A stretch of DNA of 64,000 nucleotides, taken from positions 70,761 through 134,760 of the forward strand of contig JAWLBL010000002.1 of the NCBI GenBank assembly GCA_041687695.1, written 5' to 3'. Below, piece by piece: positions 20,151-34,800 of this stretch; within the stretch, counting starts at the first letter, position 1, and each line of letters begins with the position of its first letter. The notes beneath the pieces were generated by a model. That model saw only the letters and a program-made list of their open reading frames with translations. It searched no databases and was not told the origin of the DNA. The DNA is from Myxococcota bacterium (GTDB taxonomy: Bacteria > Myxococcota_A > UBA9042 > PHBI01 > JAWLBL01). The position numbers and the translations under genes were made by a program.

Positions 20151-20984
20151 GTGGCGCTCGACATCGTCGCAGGCATTCTGCTGTCCCTCGCGCTCCTGCG
20201 GGGCTGGCTGCGCGGCTTGGTGTTCCAGCTGGGGCAGGTCGCGCTGCTGGCCCTGTGCTTCTTCGCGGCGCGGATGCTGGGGGGCGCGATCGCCGAGCAG
20301 CTCACCGAGCTGCAACAGACGCTGCCCGAGGCGGCCGAGGCCATCGGCTTCTTCGCCGTCTTCGGGTTGCTCTACCTGGTCGGATCCTTCGTCCTGCACG
20401 GCCTGACCCGCGATCTGCGCGAGGCCTCGGGCGCCCTGGGCGCCGGCGATCGCTTCCTGGGGCTCCTGGTCGGCGGGGCCAAGGGCCTGGCCCTCATCTA
20501 TCTGGGCTTCCTGGTGCTCATCATGGCCAGCCGCTGGAACGGCAAGCTGGCCGTGCCCTACGCCTCCAGCTACACCGGCCGCCTGGTCGCGCAGCACAAC
20601 CTGTTCGACTCCGACGAGTTCCCGCGGGCGCGCGCCCTGGCGAAGCTGGGCTGGCTGCTCAGCACCCACGAGGCGGTCGAGCTGGTCCAGAACCCGCACT
20701 TCGTCGCCATCCTGATGCACCCCAAGGCCAGCGTCCTGCGCGAGGGGCCGGTCATCCAGGCGATGACCCATGGCGACTGGCTGACCATCATGCGCCACCG
20801 CGGCGTGTGGGATCTGCTGGACGAGCCCGAGATCCAACAGCACCTGAACGCCATCGAGTACGAAGAGCGCGGCCGCGTGAACGACGCCGACGACGGCCTC
20901 GGGCCGGCGGCCCCGCAGGCGCCGCCCTCGCCGGCCGTGCCGCCCCAGCTGCCGCCCGACCTGCCGCCCATCGTCAGGCCCTAG
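20151..20984 (+). CDS. CvpA-family membrane protein (second paralogue)
   Basis: LDIV..GWLRGLV..GDRFLGLLVGGAKG; GTG start inferred. Confidence 0.75.
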   Translation: MALDIVAGILLSLALLRGWLRGLVFQLGQVALLALCFFAARMLGGAIAEQLTELQQTLPEAAEAIGFFAVFGLLYLVGSFVLHGLTRDLREASGALGAGDRFLGLLVGGAKGLALIYLGFLVLIMASRWNGKLAVPYASSYTGRLVAQHNLFDSDEFPRARALAKLGWLLSTHEAVELVQNPHFVAILMHPKASVLREGPVIQAMTHGDWLTIMRHRGVWDLLDEPEIQQHLNAIEYEERGRVNDADDGLGPAAPQAPPSPAVPPQLPPDLPPIVRP

Positions 20985-21718
20985 TCCCTCGGCACGCGCG
21001 CCAGCACCGCCACCTCGACCCGCGCCGCCCCGCCCCGCAGGGCGGCCTCGGCGGCGGCCCAGACCGTGGCGCCGGTGGTCATGACGTCGTCGACCAGCAG
21101 CACCTCGCGCCCGGTCAGCGCGCCCGGCCGCGCCCGGAAGACGCCGCGCACGCGACGCAGCCGCTGGGCGCGCGAGGCGCCCTGGGTGTTCGGAGGCTGC
21201 TTGCGCGCCTCGAGCGCCGTCGGCCCCAGCGGCAGGCCCAGCCCGCGCGCCAGGCCCGAGGCGAGCAGCCCCGCCGGGTTGAAGCCGCGCTGGCGGACGC
21301 GGCGCGGGTGCGCGGGCACGGGCACGACCACGGTGCCGGCCGAGAGCGTGGCCCAGCCGGTGCGGTGGGCCTCGGCGAGCATCAGCCGCGCCAGGTGCGG
21401 GCCCAGCGTGTGGTCGGGCGCGTTCTTCCAGCGCACGATGGCGTCCTGGAGCGCCGCCCCGTAGGCGAAGGCGGCGCGGGCCCGGGCGTAGGGCGGCTCG
21501 GCGACCAGGCAGGCGCCGCACCAGGGCAGGTGACCGCCGGGCAGCAGCGCCGGGTCCAGGTAGACGTGCCCGCAGCGGGGACAGCAGTCCCGGCCGCCGG
21601 GGACCAGCGTCTCCAGGCAGGGGTAACACAGGGGCAGGGCGTCGGCCGGGTCGCCGCAGGCGGCGCAGCGGCTGGGCCACAGCAGCTCGAGGGTCGCGCG
21701 GGTGAGTCGGGTCAGCAT
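20981..21718 (-). CDS. comF: ComF-family phosphoribosyltransferase-like protein
   Basis: Double zinc ribbon, VPVP..RGFNP, LLVDDVMTTGAT. Confidence 0.9.
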   Translation of the reverse strand: MLTRLTRATLELLWPSRCAACGDPADALPLCYPCLETLVPGGRDCCPRCGHVYLDPALLPGGHLPWCGACLVAEPPYARARAAFAYGAALQDAIVRWKNAPDHTLGPHLARLMLAEAHRTGWATLSAGTVVVPVPAHPRRVRQRGFNPAGLLASGLARGLGLPLGPTALEARKQPPNTQGASRAQRLRRVRGVFRARPGALTGREVLLVDDVMTTGATVWAAAEAALRGGAARVEVAVLARVPRD

Positions 21719-21730
21719 GCCCGGCGAGTA

Positions 21731-21746
21731 AGCAAGGGTCGTGCCT
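21731..21746 (-). promoter_or_regulatory. Putative sigma54 -24/-12 promoter of comF
   Basis: Minus strand AGGCACG-ACCC-TTGCT, 12 nt before the ATG. Confidence 0.55.
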
Positions 21747-21767
21747 ACGCGCGGCCCGCCCGTGGGC

Positions 21768-22244
21768 CTACTTGTGGTACGGCTCGCCGCGCAGGATGGT
21801 CGAGGCGCGGTAGAGCTGCTCCCACAGGACGACCCGCGCCAGATCGTGGGGCAGGGTGAGCGGCCCGAACGACCAGCGTAGGCGCGCCGCGCGGGCCAGC
21901 GTCGGGGCCAGGCCGTGGGCGCTGCCCAGGGCGAAGCAGACGGCCGCCGGGCCCTCGTTCATCCAGCGGGCCAGCTGGTCGGCGAGCGCGGCCGAGGACA
22001 GCGGCTCGCCGTCGATGGCCAGGGCCACCAGGACGTCGCGCGGCCCGACCCGCGCGCTCAGGCGCTCGGCCTCGGCGTGGAGGGCGCGCTCGACCTCGGG
22101 CTGCGCCTCGGAGCGCAGCTTGACCGGCTTGACGAAGGCCTCCTCGACGCGGAAGTGGCGGCCGAGGCGCCGTCGGTAGTCCTCGGCGGCCGCCTCGAGC
22201 GGCCCCGAGCCGCCCGCGCCCGCGTGGACGAGGCGGAGGATCAA
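21768..22244 (-). CDS. rlmH: 23S rRNA m3Psi1915 methyltransferase
   Basis: SPOUT C-terminus SFGPLTLPHDLARVVLWEQLYRA..GEPYHK; follows rsfS. Confidence 0.95.
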   Translation of the reverse strand: MILRLVHAGAGGSGPLEAAAEDYRRRLGRHFRVEEAFVKPVKLRSEAQPEVERALHAEAERLSARVGPRDVLVALAIDGEPLSSAALADQLARWMNEGPAAVCFALGSAHGLAPTLARAARLRWSFGPLTLPHDLARVVLWEQLYRASTILRGEPYHK

Positions 22245-22693
22245 GTCAGGTAGGGCTCTTGGGAGGCGCCGCCAAGGCCGGCGTCCTGGGCGTCCTCGGG
22301 CGGCTGGATGTCCAGGGCCGGCGCGTCACCCCACAGCTGGTCGAGCTGGTAGAAGTCGCGGACGGGCTCGTAGAAGACGTGCACGACGACGTCGCCGAAG
22401 TCGACCAGCACCCACTGGTTGTGCTCGGTGCCCTCGACGGACAGCGGCTTGGCCTTGAGCTCGGTCCGGGCCACGTCTTCGATGTGCTCGCGGATGGCGG
22501 CCACCTGGCGGTCGGAGCGGCCCGAGCAGATGACGAACCAGTCGGTGTATTGCACCAGCTCGCGCACCCGCAGGACGCGGACGTCCGTCGCCTTGGTGTC
22601 GTAAGCCGCCTGCGCGATGCGCTCGGCGAGTTGCTGGCTCTCGAGGCGCTCGGCGCCCTCGGACTGCGTGCCGCTACCTGTCTCGTGCTTCAA
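22241..22693 (-). CDS. rsfS: Ribosome silencing factor
   Basis: DWFVICSG..QVAAI, WVLVDFGDVVVHVF..RDFYQLDQLW. Confidence 0.95.
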   Translation of the reverse strand: MKHETGSGTQSEGAERLESQQLAERIAQAAYDTKATDVRVLRVRELVQYTDWFVICSGRSDRQVAAIREHIEDVARTELKAKPLSVEGTEHNQWVLVDFGDVVVHVFYEPVRDFYQLDQLWGDAPALDIQPPEDAQDAGLGGASQEPYLT

Positions 22694-24009
22694 CCTGTCT
22701 CCTCACGATTGTGGCCCTTCACCTGCCCGGCGCCGTACACCACCCACTTGCGGGTGGTCAGCTCCTCGAGCCCCATCGGCCCGAACGCGTGCAGCTTGGT
22801 CGTGCTGATGCCGATCTCGGCGCCCAGCCCGAGTTCGAACCCGTCGTTGAAGCGGGTCGATGCGTTGACGAGCACGCAGCTGGACGCCACTTCCGTGACG
22901 AAGCGCTGCGCGGCCCCATAGTCGTTGGTCACGATGGCGTCCGTGTGGCCTGAACCGTACCGACGAATATGCTGGATCGCCTCGTCCATGTCATCAAGCA
23001 GACGCACGGAGAGGACGAGGTCCAGGTATTCCGCGGTCCAGTCCTCGTCGCTGGCCGCCTTCGCCCGAGGCCACAGCGCCCGGACCCGCGCGTCGCCGCG
23101 CAGCTCGACCCCGGCGCGCTCGTAGCGGGCGAACAGCCGCGGGATGAGCGCCGGCGCCACGTCGCGGTGGATGAGCAGGGTCTCCATCGCGTTGCAGACG
23201 CCGGGGCGCTGAACCTTGGCGTCGAAGGCGATGGCCTCGGCCATGTCGAGATCCGCGCCGCGATCGACCCAGACGTGGCACACGCCCTTGTAGTGCTGGA
23301 TGACCGGCACCGTCGCGTGCTCCGTCACGTAGCGGATGAGCCCCTCGCCGCCCCGCGGAATCACCAGATCGATCTCGCCGTCGCGCCGGATGAGCTCGCG
23401 GATGACCTCGCGCTCGCTGGTCGCCACCGCCTGCACGGCGTCGGCCGGCAGCCCGGCGGCCTCGAGCGCGTCGCGCATGAACCCGACGAGCAGCTGGTTG
23501 GCGTGGTAGGCCTCCTTGCCGCCCTTCAAGATCGGGACGTTGCCGCTCTTGAGGCACAGGGCGCCGGCGTCGATGGTCACGTTCGGGCGCGACTCGTAGA
23601 TGATGCAGATGACGCCCAGCGGGATGCGCATGCGGCCGATGAGCAGGCCGTTGGGCCGGCGGCGCATGGCCTCGACGGCGCCGATCGGATCGGGGAGCGC
23701 GACGATCTCGCGCACGCCCTGGGCCATCGCCTCGATGCGCGCGTCGTCGAGCGCCAGCCGGTCCAGCATGGCCCCGCCGAGGCCCACGGCGCGGGCGGCC
23801 TCGACGTCGCGGGCGCTGGCCGCGGCGATGGCGGCGCGCTCGGCCAGCAGGCGATCGGCCAGCAGGGTCAGCGCCCGGTCCTTCACGGCGGTGCTGGCCG
23901 AGGCCAACGCACCGGCCGCGGCGCGGGCGGCGCGGGCCAGGTGGGCGGCGACCGTGGCGGCGCTCTCGGCGCCGTCGGGCGAGGGCGGCGACGTCGGGGT
24001 CGAGGTCAT
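22690..24009 (-). CDS. proA: Gamma-glutamyl phosphate reductase
   Basis: IYESRPNVT, IPRGG, CNAMETLL, NASTRFNDG, AEIGISTTKLHAFGPMGL. Confidence 0.97.
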   Translation of the reverse strand: MTSTPTSPPSPDGAESAATVAAHLARAARAAAGALASASTAVKDRALTLLADRLLAERAAIAAASARDVEAARAVGLGGAMLDRLALDDARIEAMAQGVREIVALPDPIGAVEAMRRRPNGLLIGRMRIPLGVICIIYESRPNVTIDAGALCLKSGNVPILKGGKEAYHANQLLVGFMRDALEAAGLPADAVQAVATSEREVIRELIRRDGEIDLVIPRGGEGLIRYVTEHATVPVIQHYKGVCHVWVDRGADLDMAEAIAFDAKVQRPGVCNAMETLLIHRDVAPALIPRLFARYERAGVELRGDARVRALWPRAKAASDEDWTAEYLDLVLSVRLLDDMDEAIQHIRRYGSGHTDAIVTNDYGAAQRFVTEVASSCVLVNASTRFNDGFELGLGAEIGISTTKLHAFGPMGLEELTTRKWVVYGAGQVKGHNREETG

Positions 24010-24046
24010 CGGAGTCTCCTGCGGGCCGTGCTGGTGCCTGGGCGCT

Positions 24047-24868
24047 TCAGGTGGCCCGTCGCCGTCGGAACATGCCGCCGACCAGCAGGGCGATGGACGC
24101 GAGCGCGAGCACGGGAGAGATGAACCAGATGATGGCGTAGCGCTGGTAGTCCTCGGGCCGGTCGCCGTCGAGCAGCACCCACATCTCGGACGGCTGCAGG
24201 CGCGCCTGCGCCGCCAGCTGTCGGACCCAGCGGCGGTGGGCGCCGGGCGCCTCGTGGGCGCGGATGAGGCGGCCGGTGACCTCGTAGCTCTGCAGGAAGT
24301 CGCTGGGCAGGGCGCGCCGCTGCTCGAGCAGCTCGGCGAACTCGGCGGGGACCTCGACGTGGGCGTAGTGGCGCATGTCGGTGTCGAAGTTCACCGGCTG
24401 CGCCGTGCGGACCGAGATGTCGAACAGCGGGCACAGGAAGTAGGCCAGCTGCTCGTCGGCGTCGGGGCCGGTCGACAGCGCGTAGGTCGCGTACAGGCCC
24501 GACGCGTGGACCAGCTGGTTGGACGCGACGCCCAGCTCGCGCTCGCCGGCGCGGTAGCGGGCGCCCAGATCGCCCAGCTCGACCGGCGCCTGGCCGCGCT
24601 GCAGCCAGAAGGCGAACTCGTGCCGCGTGTTCCACATCGCGAAGGCCGCGAGGGCCACGATGAGGCCCGTCAGGACGACGCGCGCGCCGCCGCCCAGGAA
24701 GCCGGCGCGGGGCGCTTGGACGTCCTCGTCCAGGTCGGGATCGTCGCCGCCGGTCGTCTCGGCGGCGCGGCGCTCGTCCCAGCGTTGGAAGAGGGCCTCG
24801 AGCTCGGCCTGGCGGCCCTCGGGGGCCGGGCCTGCGGGCGGATCGGTGTGGTCGTGCTTGTCGCTCAT
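24047..24868 (-). CDS. Hypothetical membrane protein (two TM helices)
   Basis: Coding-like codon usage, N- and C-terminal hydrophobic helices. Confidence 0.75.
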   Translation of the reverse strand: MSDKHDHTDPPAGPAPEGRQAELEALFQRWDERRAAETTGGDDPDLDEDVQAPRAGFLGGGARVVLTGLIVALAAFAMWNTRHEFAFWLQRGQAPVELGDLGARYRAGERELGVASNQLVHASGLYATYALSTGPDADEQLAYFLCPLFDISVRTAQPVNFDTDMRHYAHVEVPAEFAELLEQRRALPSDFLQSYEVTGRLIRAHEAPGAHRRWVRQLAAQARLQPSEMWVLLDGDRPEDYQRYAIIWFISPVLALASIALLVGGMFRRRRAT

Positions 24869-24915
24869 AGATGGCGCGCACGCTATAACACGCCCGGACC
24901 CATGCCGGAAGGTCG

Positions 24916-26940
<2,025 letters not shown>

Positions 26941-27727
26941 GGTCAGCTCGGCCGACCGGTCGCAGCCGGTCAGGCAGAGCTCGGGCCCGACGGCCAGCAG
27001 CCCCGTCGCGTTGACGCCGACGTCCTCGCTGCGGAAGGCCTGCACCTCGAAGCCCGCCTCGGCGGTGACGGGCAGCAGCACCTGCGTGTCGGCCCCGAAC
27101 GCGACCGACAGCGGCGCCTTCAGCCCGCCGAACACGTTGATGTGGCTGGCGAGCTGCCACCCGCCGACGATCCCCGGCGCGCCCAGGCGCAGGCCCACCT
27201 GCCCCGCCTCGCCGTCGGTCGGGACCCACACCAGCAAGGCCGGGTCCGCGTAGAAGGCCAGGCTGTACTCGCCCTGCTGCCAGACGTTCCAGCGCACCTC
27301 GAGCCCGGGCTCGAAGCCCACCACGCCGGCCCGCAGGTTGCGGCCGTAGATCATCGTGAACTGCGGCGAGACGTCGAGGTCGTCCAGGAACGGCACGACG
27401 TAGGTCAGGCGCAGGTTCGGCCAGCCCAGCTCGGCGCGCGCGGCGTAGTGCTTGACCTGCTCCTCGGGCTGCATCCCGAAGGTGCGGCCGCCCATCAGAC
27501 TGGTCATCGGCCCTGCGGCGTGCGCGGCGGGGGTGACGGCCACGGCGACCGCCGCGGCGAGCCACGAGAAGGCGAGTCGTTGCATCGGCATCACCTCGAA
27601 AAATGGGGGGCACGAAGAAAGTGCGCAACAAAATCGGCCGATCGGCCGACTTGATCTCTTGCCGGGAGGCGACGCCCCAACGGGGGGGCCCCGCCGCCGA
27701 TTCCACCGCCACCGACAGGAGGGACCC

Positions 27728-28996
27728 ATGCTCGCTCGCCACGCTCCGACGCCCCGCTATGGCCTGTCCGTCGTCCGACCCGTCGACCCGCGCGCGCTCG
27801 CCCTGCTCCACGGGGGCCGGGTCGTCGCCGTTCACGAGGATCGCCCGCTGACGGTCGGGTCGGCCCCCACCAGCGATCTGGTGGTCGCCGATCCGCACGT
27901 GTCCGGGCGGCACGCGCGCTTCACGGCCCGCGCGGGGCGGCTGATCGTCAGCGATCTGGGCAGCACGAACGGGGTGTTCGTCCGCGGCCAGCGCGTCCGC
28001 GATCACGCGCTGACCCCCGGCGACGTGGTCGTGCTGGCTCGGCGGCCGCTGCTGGTCGTGCAGGCCGGCGTCGTCGCGCGCCACCCCAGGGCCGTGCGCT
28101 GGCAGGGCATCGTGGCGGCCGACCCGCGCTCGCTCGCCACCCTCGAGCAGCTGGCCGCCGTCGCCTCGGCCGACGCGCCGGTCTGGGTGCACGGCGAGTC
28201 CGGCACCGGAAAGGAGGGCGCCGCCCAGGCCCTCCACGCGGCCAGCCCCCGGGCCTCGGGGCCCTTCGTCGCCCTCAACTGCGCCGCCTTGCCCGACGCG
28301 CTGGCCGAGGCCGAGCTGTTCGGCGTGGTCCGCGGGGCCTTCACCGGCGCCGATCGCAACCGGCAGGGCGCCTTCCAGCGGGCCAGCGGCGGCACGCTGC
28401 TGCTCGACGAGGTGGGCGAGCTGTCGCCGGCCGTGCAGGCCAAGCTCTTGCGCGTGCTCGAGACCGGCGAGCTGGTCCCGGTCGGCGGCGAGGCGCCCGT
28501 GAAGGTGGACGTGCGGGTCGTGGCGGCCACCTGGCGCGACCTCGAGCGCGAGGCCGACGAGGGCCGCTTCCGCTTCGATCTGGCGCAGCGCCTGGGCGTG
28601 CTGCGGGTCGACCTGCCGCCGCTGCGCGCGCGGCCCAAGGACATCGGCCCGCTGGTCGCCTGGCTGCTCGAGGCGCAGGGCGCGCCCGGGCTCACGCCCG
28701 ACGCGGATCTCGTCGCGGCCCTCGAGCGGCTGCCGTGGCGCGGCAACGTCCGCCAGCTCAAGACGCAGGTCACGCGGGCCGTGCTGGCGGGCGATCCCGG
28801 CGCGCTGCTGCCCGACGGAGGCGCGGGCCGGGTGCAGCTGCCGCGCCGCTCGGCCGAGCCCCGACCCGGCGCCCTGCGCCACCTGCAGGCCGCGCTCGCG
28901 GCCCATGGCGGCAACCGCTCGGCCGCCGCGCGGGCGCTGGGGGTCAGCCGCTCGACCCTGTACCGCTGGCTGGACGACGCGCCCCAGGCCGCCTAG
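27728..28996 (+). CDS. FHA-domain sigma54-dependent enhancer-binding protein (Fis HTH)
   Basis: VSGRHA..DLGSTNG FHA, GESGTGKE, GAFTGA, LDEVGE, WRGNVR, NRSAAARALGVSRSTLYR. Confidence 0.95.
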   Translation: MLARHAPTPRYGLSVVRPVDPRALALLHGGRVVAVHEDRPLTVGSAPTSDLVVADPHVSGRHARFTARAGRLIVSDLGSTNGVFVRGQRVRDHALTPGDVVVLARRPLLVVQAGVVARHPRAVRWQGIVAADPRSLATLEQLAAVASADAPVWVHGESGTGKEGAAQALHAASPRASGPFVALNCAALPDALAEAELFGVVRGAFTGADRNRQGAFQRASGGTLLLDEVGELSPAVQAKLLRVLETGELVPVGGEAPVKVDVRVVAATWRDLEREADEGRFRFDLAQRLGVLRVDLPPLRARPKDIGPLVAWLLEAQGAPGLTPDADLVAALERLPWRGNVRQLKTQVTRAVLAGDPGALLPDGGAGRVQLPRRSAEPRPGALRHLQAALAAHGGNRSAAARALGVSRSTLYRWLDDAPQAA

Positions 28997-29092
28997 CTGC
29001 GCCTCGATCCCGGGCGACGACGGCCCTCGGACGCGCTCCGGGGCGCCGTCCGCCGTCCGGCTGGCCGGGTGGGACCTTGCCGGGGGGACGGG

Positions 29093-29120
29093 TTGACACC
29101 CACCGGGCGCGGACTATCAT
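29093..29120 (+). promoter_or_regulatory. Sigma70-like promoter
   Basis: TTGACA-16 nt-TATCAT. Confidence 0.6.
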
Positions 29121-29175
29121 GGGCCGAGCTTTAGCGGGCCTCTCCAGAATTCCATCGCATCTTCGGCGGGTTAGC

Positions 29176-29481
29176 TTGAGCGCGATCCGACAGTACAACC
29201 GCTTTCAGCTCGAGGCGACCAAGCTGGGACGCAACGTCGTGTTCCAGGTCACCGTCTTCGAGAAGAAAGAGCGCAACAAGACGCGCCTGTTCGCCGAGAC
29301 CCAGTGCTCGGACCCGCTGCAGTACATCATCCAGTTCGTCATCCGGGACGCGCCCGATCTCGACACGGTGATCGAGCGCTTCAAGGCGCAGCTCGAGCAC
29401 CGCGGGTTCACGCCGCTGCAGTTCCGGCTCAAGAACGAGGATGGCACCTGGGCGGCCTGGAGCCACTTCGAGCTCGTCTGA
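29176..29481 (+). CDS. Small hypothetical protein (~101 aa)
   Basis: Protein-like composition and G/C-ending codons from LSAIRQYNRF onward; TTG start inferred because ATG 29119 overlaps the -10 box. Confidence 0.7.
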   Translation: MSAIRQYNRFQLEATKLGRNVVFQVTVFEKKERNKTRLFAETQCSDPLQYIIQFVIRDAPDLDTVIERFKAQLEHRGFTPLQFRLKNEDGTWAAWSHFELV

Positions 29482-29663
29482 TCGAGGCGACTCCCCCGGT
29501 CTGGCTCGGCCGACGCGTCTGCAGGCGTCACCCGCGGCGCGGTTCAGCCGGCGCGCCTGAGGCGCCGCGCGTCGCCCACCCGCAGTGTCAGCCGCACGCG
29601 ATCGAGGCGCCGCTCGCCCGGCGGTTCAGCCGGCGCGTCTGAAGGCGTCGCGCGCGGCGCGGC

Positions 29664-31634
<1,971 letters not shown>

Positions 31635-31663
31635 GAGGTCCTGCCTGGGCGCCGGGGGCGTTC

Positions 31664-31693
31664 TTGACCGTGTCGCGCGACCGCTGTTAGCAT
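31664..31693 (+). promoter_or_regulatory. Sigma70-like promoter with extended -10
   Basis: TTGACC-18 nt-TAGCAT, preceded by TG. Confidence 0.4.
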
Positions 31694-31823
31694 CCTGCCC
31701 GGGGAGAGATGGCGTAAGTCATCGATTTCCGGCGCATTTGGGCCCGTCGGCGCGGCGCTCGAGGGCGCGCCGGGGCGCCGTCTCCGACAGGTCGGACCGC
31801 CGAGGACACGGATAGAACCACGC

Positions 31824-34800
31824 ATGAAGGCGATTTGTCCAAGCTGTGGAGCCGAGAACTCGGCCAGGGGTCCCGGGGAGCAGGTCGTGTGCAGCGCCTG
31901 CTTCCACATCTGGGACGCGCCGGCGGTGATGCCGCGCGGACCCGTGACCGGGGCGCCTCCGTCGCCGCCGCCGGCGCCCGCCGGGGGCCGCCGCGCCGCG
32001 CCGCCGCCGCCACCGCCGCCGCTCGACTCCGAGGAGATCGGCACCTATCGGCGACAGGCCGACCACATCGAGCACGCCGCCGACGTGGTCTGGAGCGGCC
32101 CCGAGCCGAAGGGCGGCCGCCCCAGCGCCCCCCGTCCGCCCGGCGCGCGCCCGCCGACCTCGCGCCCGCCGACCGGTGGCCGCACGGCCGCCCCGCCGCC
32201 GCCCGTGCCCCGGCCGCCGGGCCCGCCGACCGGCCGCATCCCGTCGCCCCCCGTCCCGCCGGCCGCGCCCGCCCGCGGGGGCCCGCCCGGCCCGCCGCCC
32301 CGCATGCCGCCAGCGCCGTCCCCGGCGACCTCGGATCTGCGCCCCGACGCGCTGTTCAAGACGATGGCCTACGGCTCGACGCAGGACGATCCCTTCGGCG
32401 GCGCCGGCGCGCCGTCGGCCCCGAGCGATCCGTTCGGCCCGCCCGCGCCGTCGACCCAGAAGCGCAAGACCAAGGACACCTTCGACTTCGGCACCGGGCT
32501 CGACCTCGCGCCCCGGATCGAGCCCCCCGCGGGCCGCGCGGCGTCGGGGCAGGGCGCCGATCCGTTCGCCACGGCGGGCTCCGATCCGTTCGCGGCGCCT
32601 CCGCGTGACCCGTTCACCGCGGCGCCGGCCGATCCCTTCGCCGCGGCGCCGGCCGATCCCTTCGCCAGCGCGGGCGACCCGTTCGGCGGGCCGCCGTCGC
32701 CGCCTCCGCGCAACGACCCCTTCGCCGGCCCCCCCTCGCCGCCGCCCCGCAACGACCCCTTCGCGACCGCGGCGCCCGCGACCGATCCTTTCGCGGCCCC
32801 CCCGTCGCCGCCGCCCCGCAAGGACCCCTTCGCGACGGCGCCGCCCGCGACCGATCCGTTCTCGGCCAACCCCTTCGCCGCGGACCCCGATCCCTACGCC
32901 GCGCCGTCCGACCCGTTCGGCGGGCCGCCGCCGCGCGATCCCTTCGCCGCGCCGCCGAGCGCGACCACCTCGCCGGCGTCCGACCCGTTCGGCGCGCCGC
33001 CGCCGCGCGATCCCTTCGCCGCACCGCCGACCGCGACGACCTCGCCGGCCGATCCGTTCGGCGCGCCACCGCCGCGCGATCCCTTCGGGGCCGCGCCGGC
33101 CGATCCCTTCGCCGCCCCGACCGCGAGCGACCCGTTCGGCGGCCCGCCGCCCAGCGATCCGTTCGCGGCGCCGGCCCACGACGACCCCTTCGGGCCGGCG
33201 CCCTCGTCCGATCCCTTCGCGGCGCCTACCGCCAGCGATCACTACCAGCCGCTCCCGGGCGCGCCCTACGTCCCGCCGCGCCAGCCCGCGGCCGATCCGC
33301 GCCAGGCGTCGACCTTCCACGTGCAGGCCGCCGCCGGCAAGGGCGGCCCCGGCGCCGCCATGGACGCGGGCACGCCGGGCGCCGACGAGTCGCTGTTCGA
33401 ACTGGACGTCCCGGACGCCCCGCTCAGCGAGCGAGCGCCCGGCCAGCGCGGCCCTCAGCGCCCGCCGCCCCAGCGGCGCCGCCAGCGCAGCAAGAAGAAG
33501 AACGCCAACGCCGCCCGCACGCTGGTGCTGGCCGTGTTCGGGCTGCTCATCGTCGGCCTGTCGCTGGGCCTGACGGAGTACGGCTTCTTCGGCATCGACG
33601 CGATGATGGGCAAGCCGACCCAGCGGACGGCCATCGGGCCCATGCCGCCGCCGACGACGCGTGCCAAGAAGAAGACCGTCACCGTCCTGCTGGGTGACAG
33701 CGGCGCGGACTACACCCAGCGCCTGGGCGAGCTGATGGCGGCGAACGCCAAGGAGCCGCAGGCCCAGGACGTGGCGACCGATCTGGCGCTGACCCTGGCC
33801 CGCTTCCACGAGCGGCATCCCGGGATGTACCGCGCCGATCCGACCTATGCCGAGACCTTCAAGAAGGTCGCGACGCCCGAGATGCTCGCGGCGCACAAGG
33901 CGCTCGACGCTTGGGATCTGCTGGCCCAGGGCCGCCTGGACGAGGCCGCCAAGCGGCTGGACGGGTTCATCGACGAGCAGCGCTCGCCCGGGCAGGATCT
34001 GTACCTGGCCGGACGCGTGGCGCAGCGCCGTGGCGAGCCCGAGCGCGCCATGCAGTACTACGAGCTGGCGCTCGAGCGCGTCCCGGGCTTCGAGCCGATC
34101 ATGTTCGAGATCGGGCGGCTGCGCGCCGAGGCGGGCCAGAAGGACGAGGCCCGCAAGGCGCTGGAGACGCTGCGCAAGGCCAACCCGCGGCACGTCGGCG
34201 CGGCGCTCGCGCTGGCCGAGCTGGCGCTGTCCGAGCAGGACTACGCCCAGACCGAGGCGCTGGTGAAGGCCGTGCTTCCCGCGGCGGCCGAGGCCAAGGA
34301 CCGCGAGGCCCAGTTCCAGGCCTTCCGCCTGGGCGCCCGCCTGAGCGAGCTGCAGGGCAAGGTCGAGGATCGCATCTACTCGCTCGAGCGGGCCCACGAG
34401 ATCCGGCCGCGCGACGAGGAGACGGCGCTGACGCTGAGCCGGCTGCTGGCCGAGGCCGGCAAGACGCAGGACGCGCTGTCGCGGCTGCAGGCGTGCCACA
34501 AGGCCGGCTGCGAGTCGCCGGCCTTCTACCTGGCGCTGGTCGCGCGCTACGTCGAGGCCGGTCACAAGGAGAACGCCAAGAACCACCTGTCCGAGGCGCT
34601 CGAGAAGCACCCGTCGGACACGGGGCTGCTGATGCAGCAGGCCGCCTTCGACAAGCAGATCGAGCAGTGGAACACGGCCAAGGCCACCTACGCGCTCATC
34701 ATCGGCAACGACCCGGGCTACGGGCGCGCCTACCTCGAGCTGGCGCAGCTGCAGAGCCGCGAGGGGCTCGACGCCGAGGCGCTCGAGACGCTGCGGCAGG

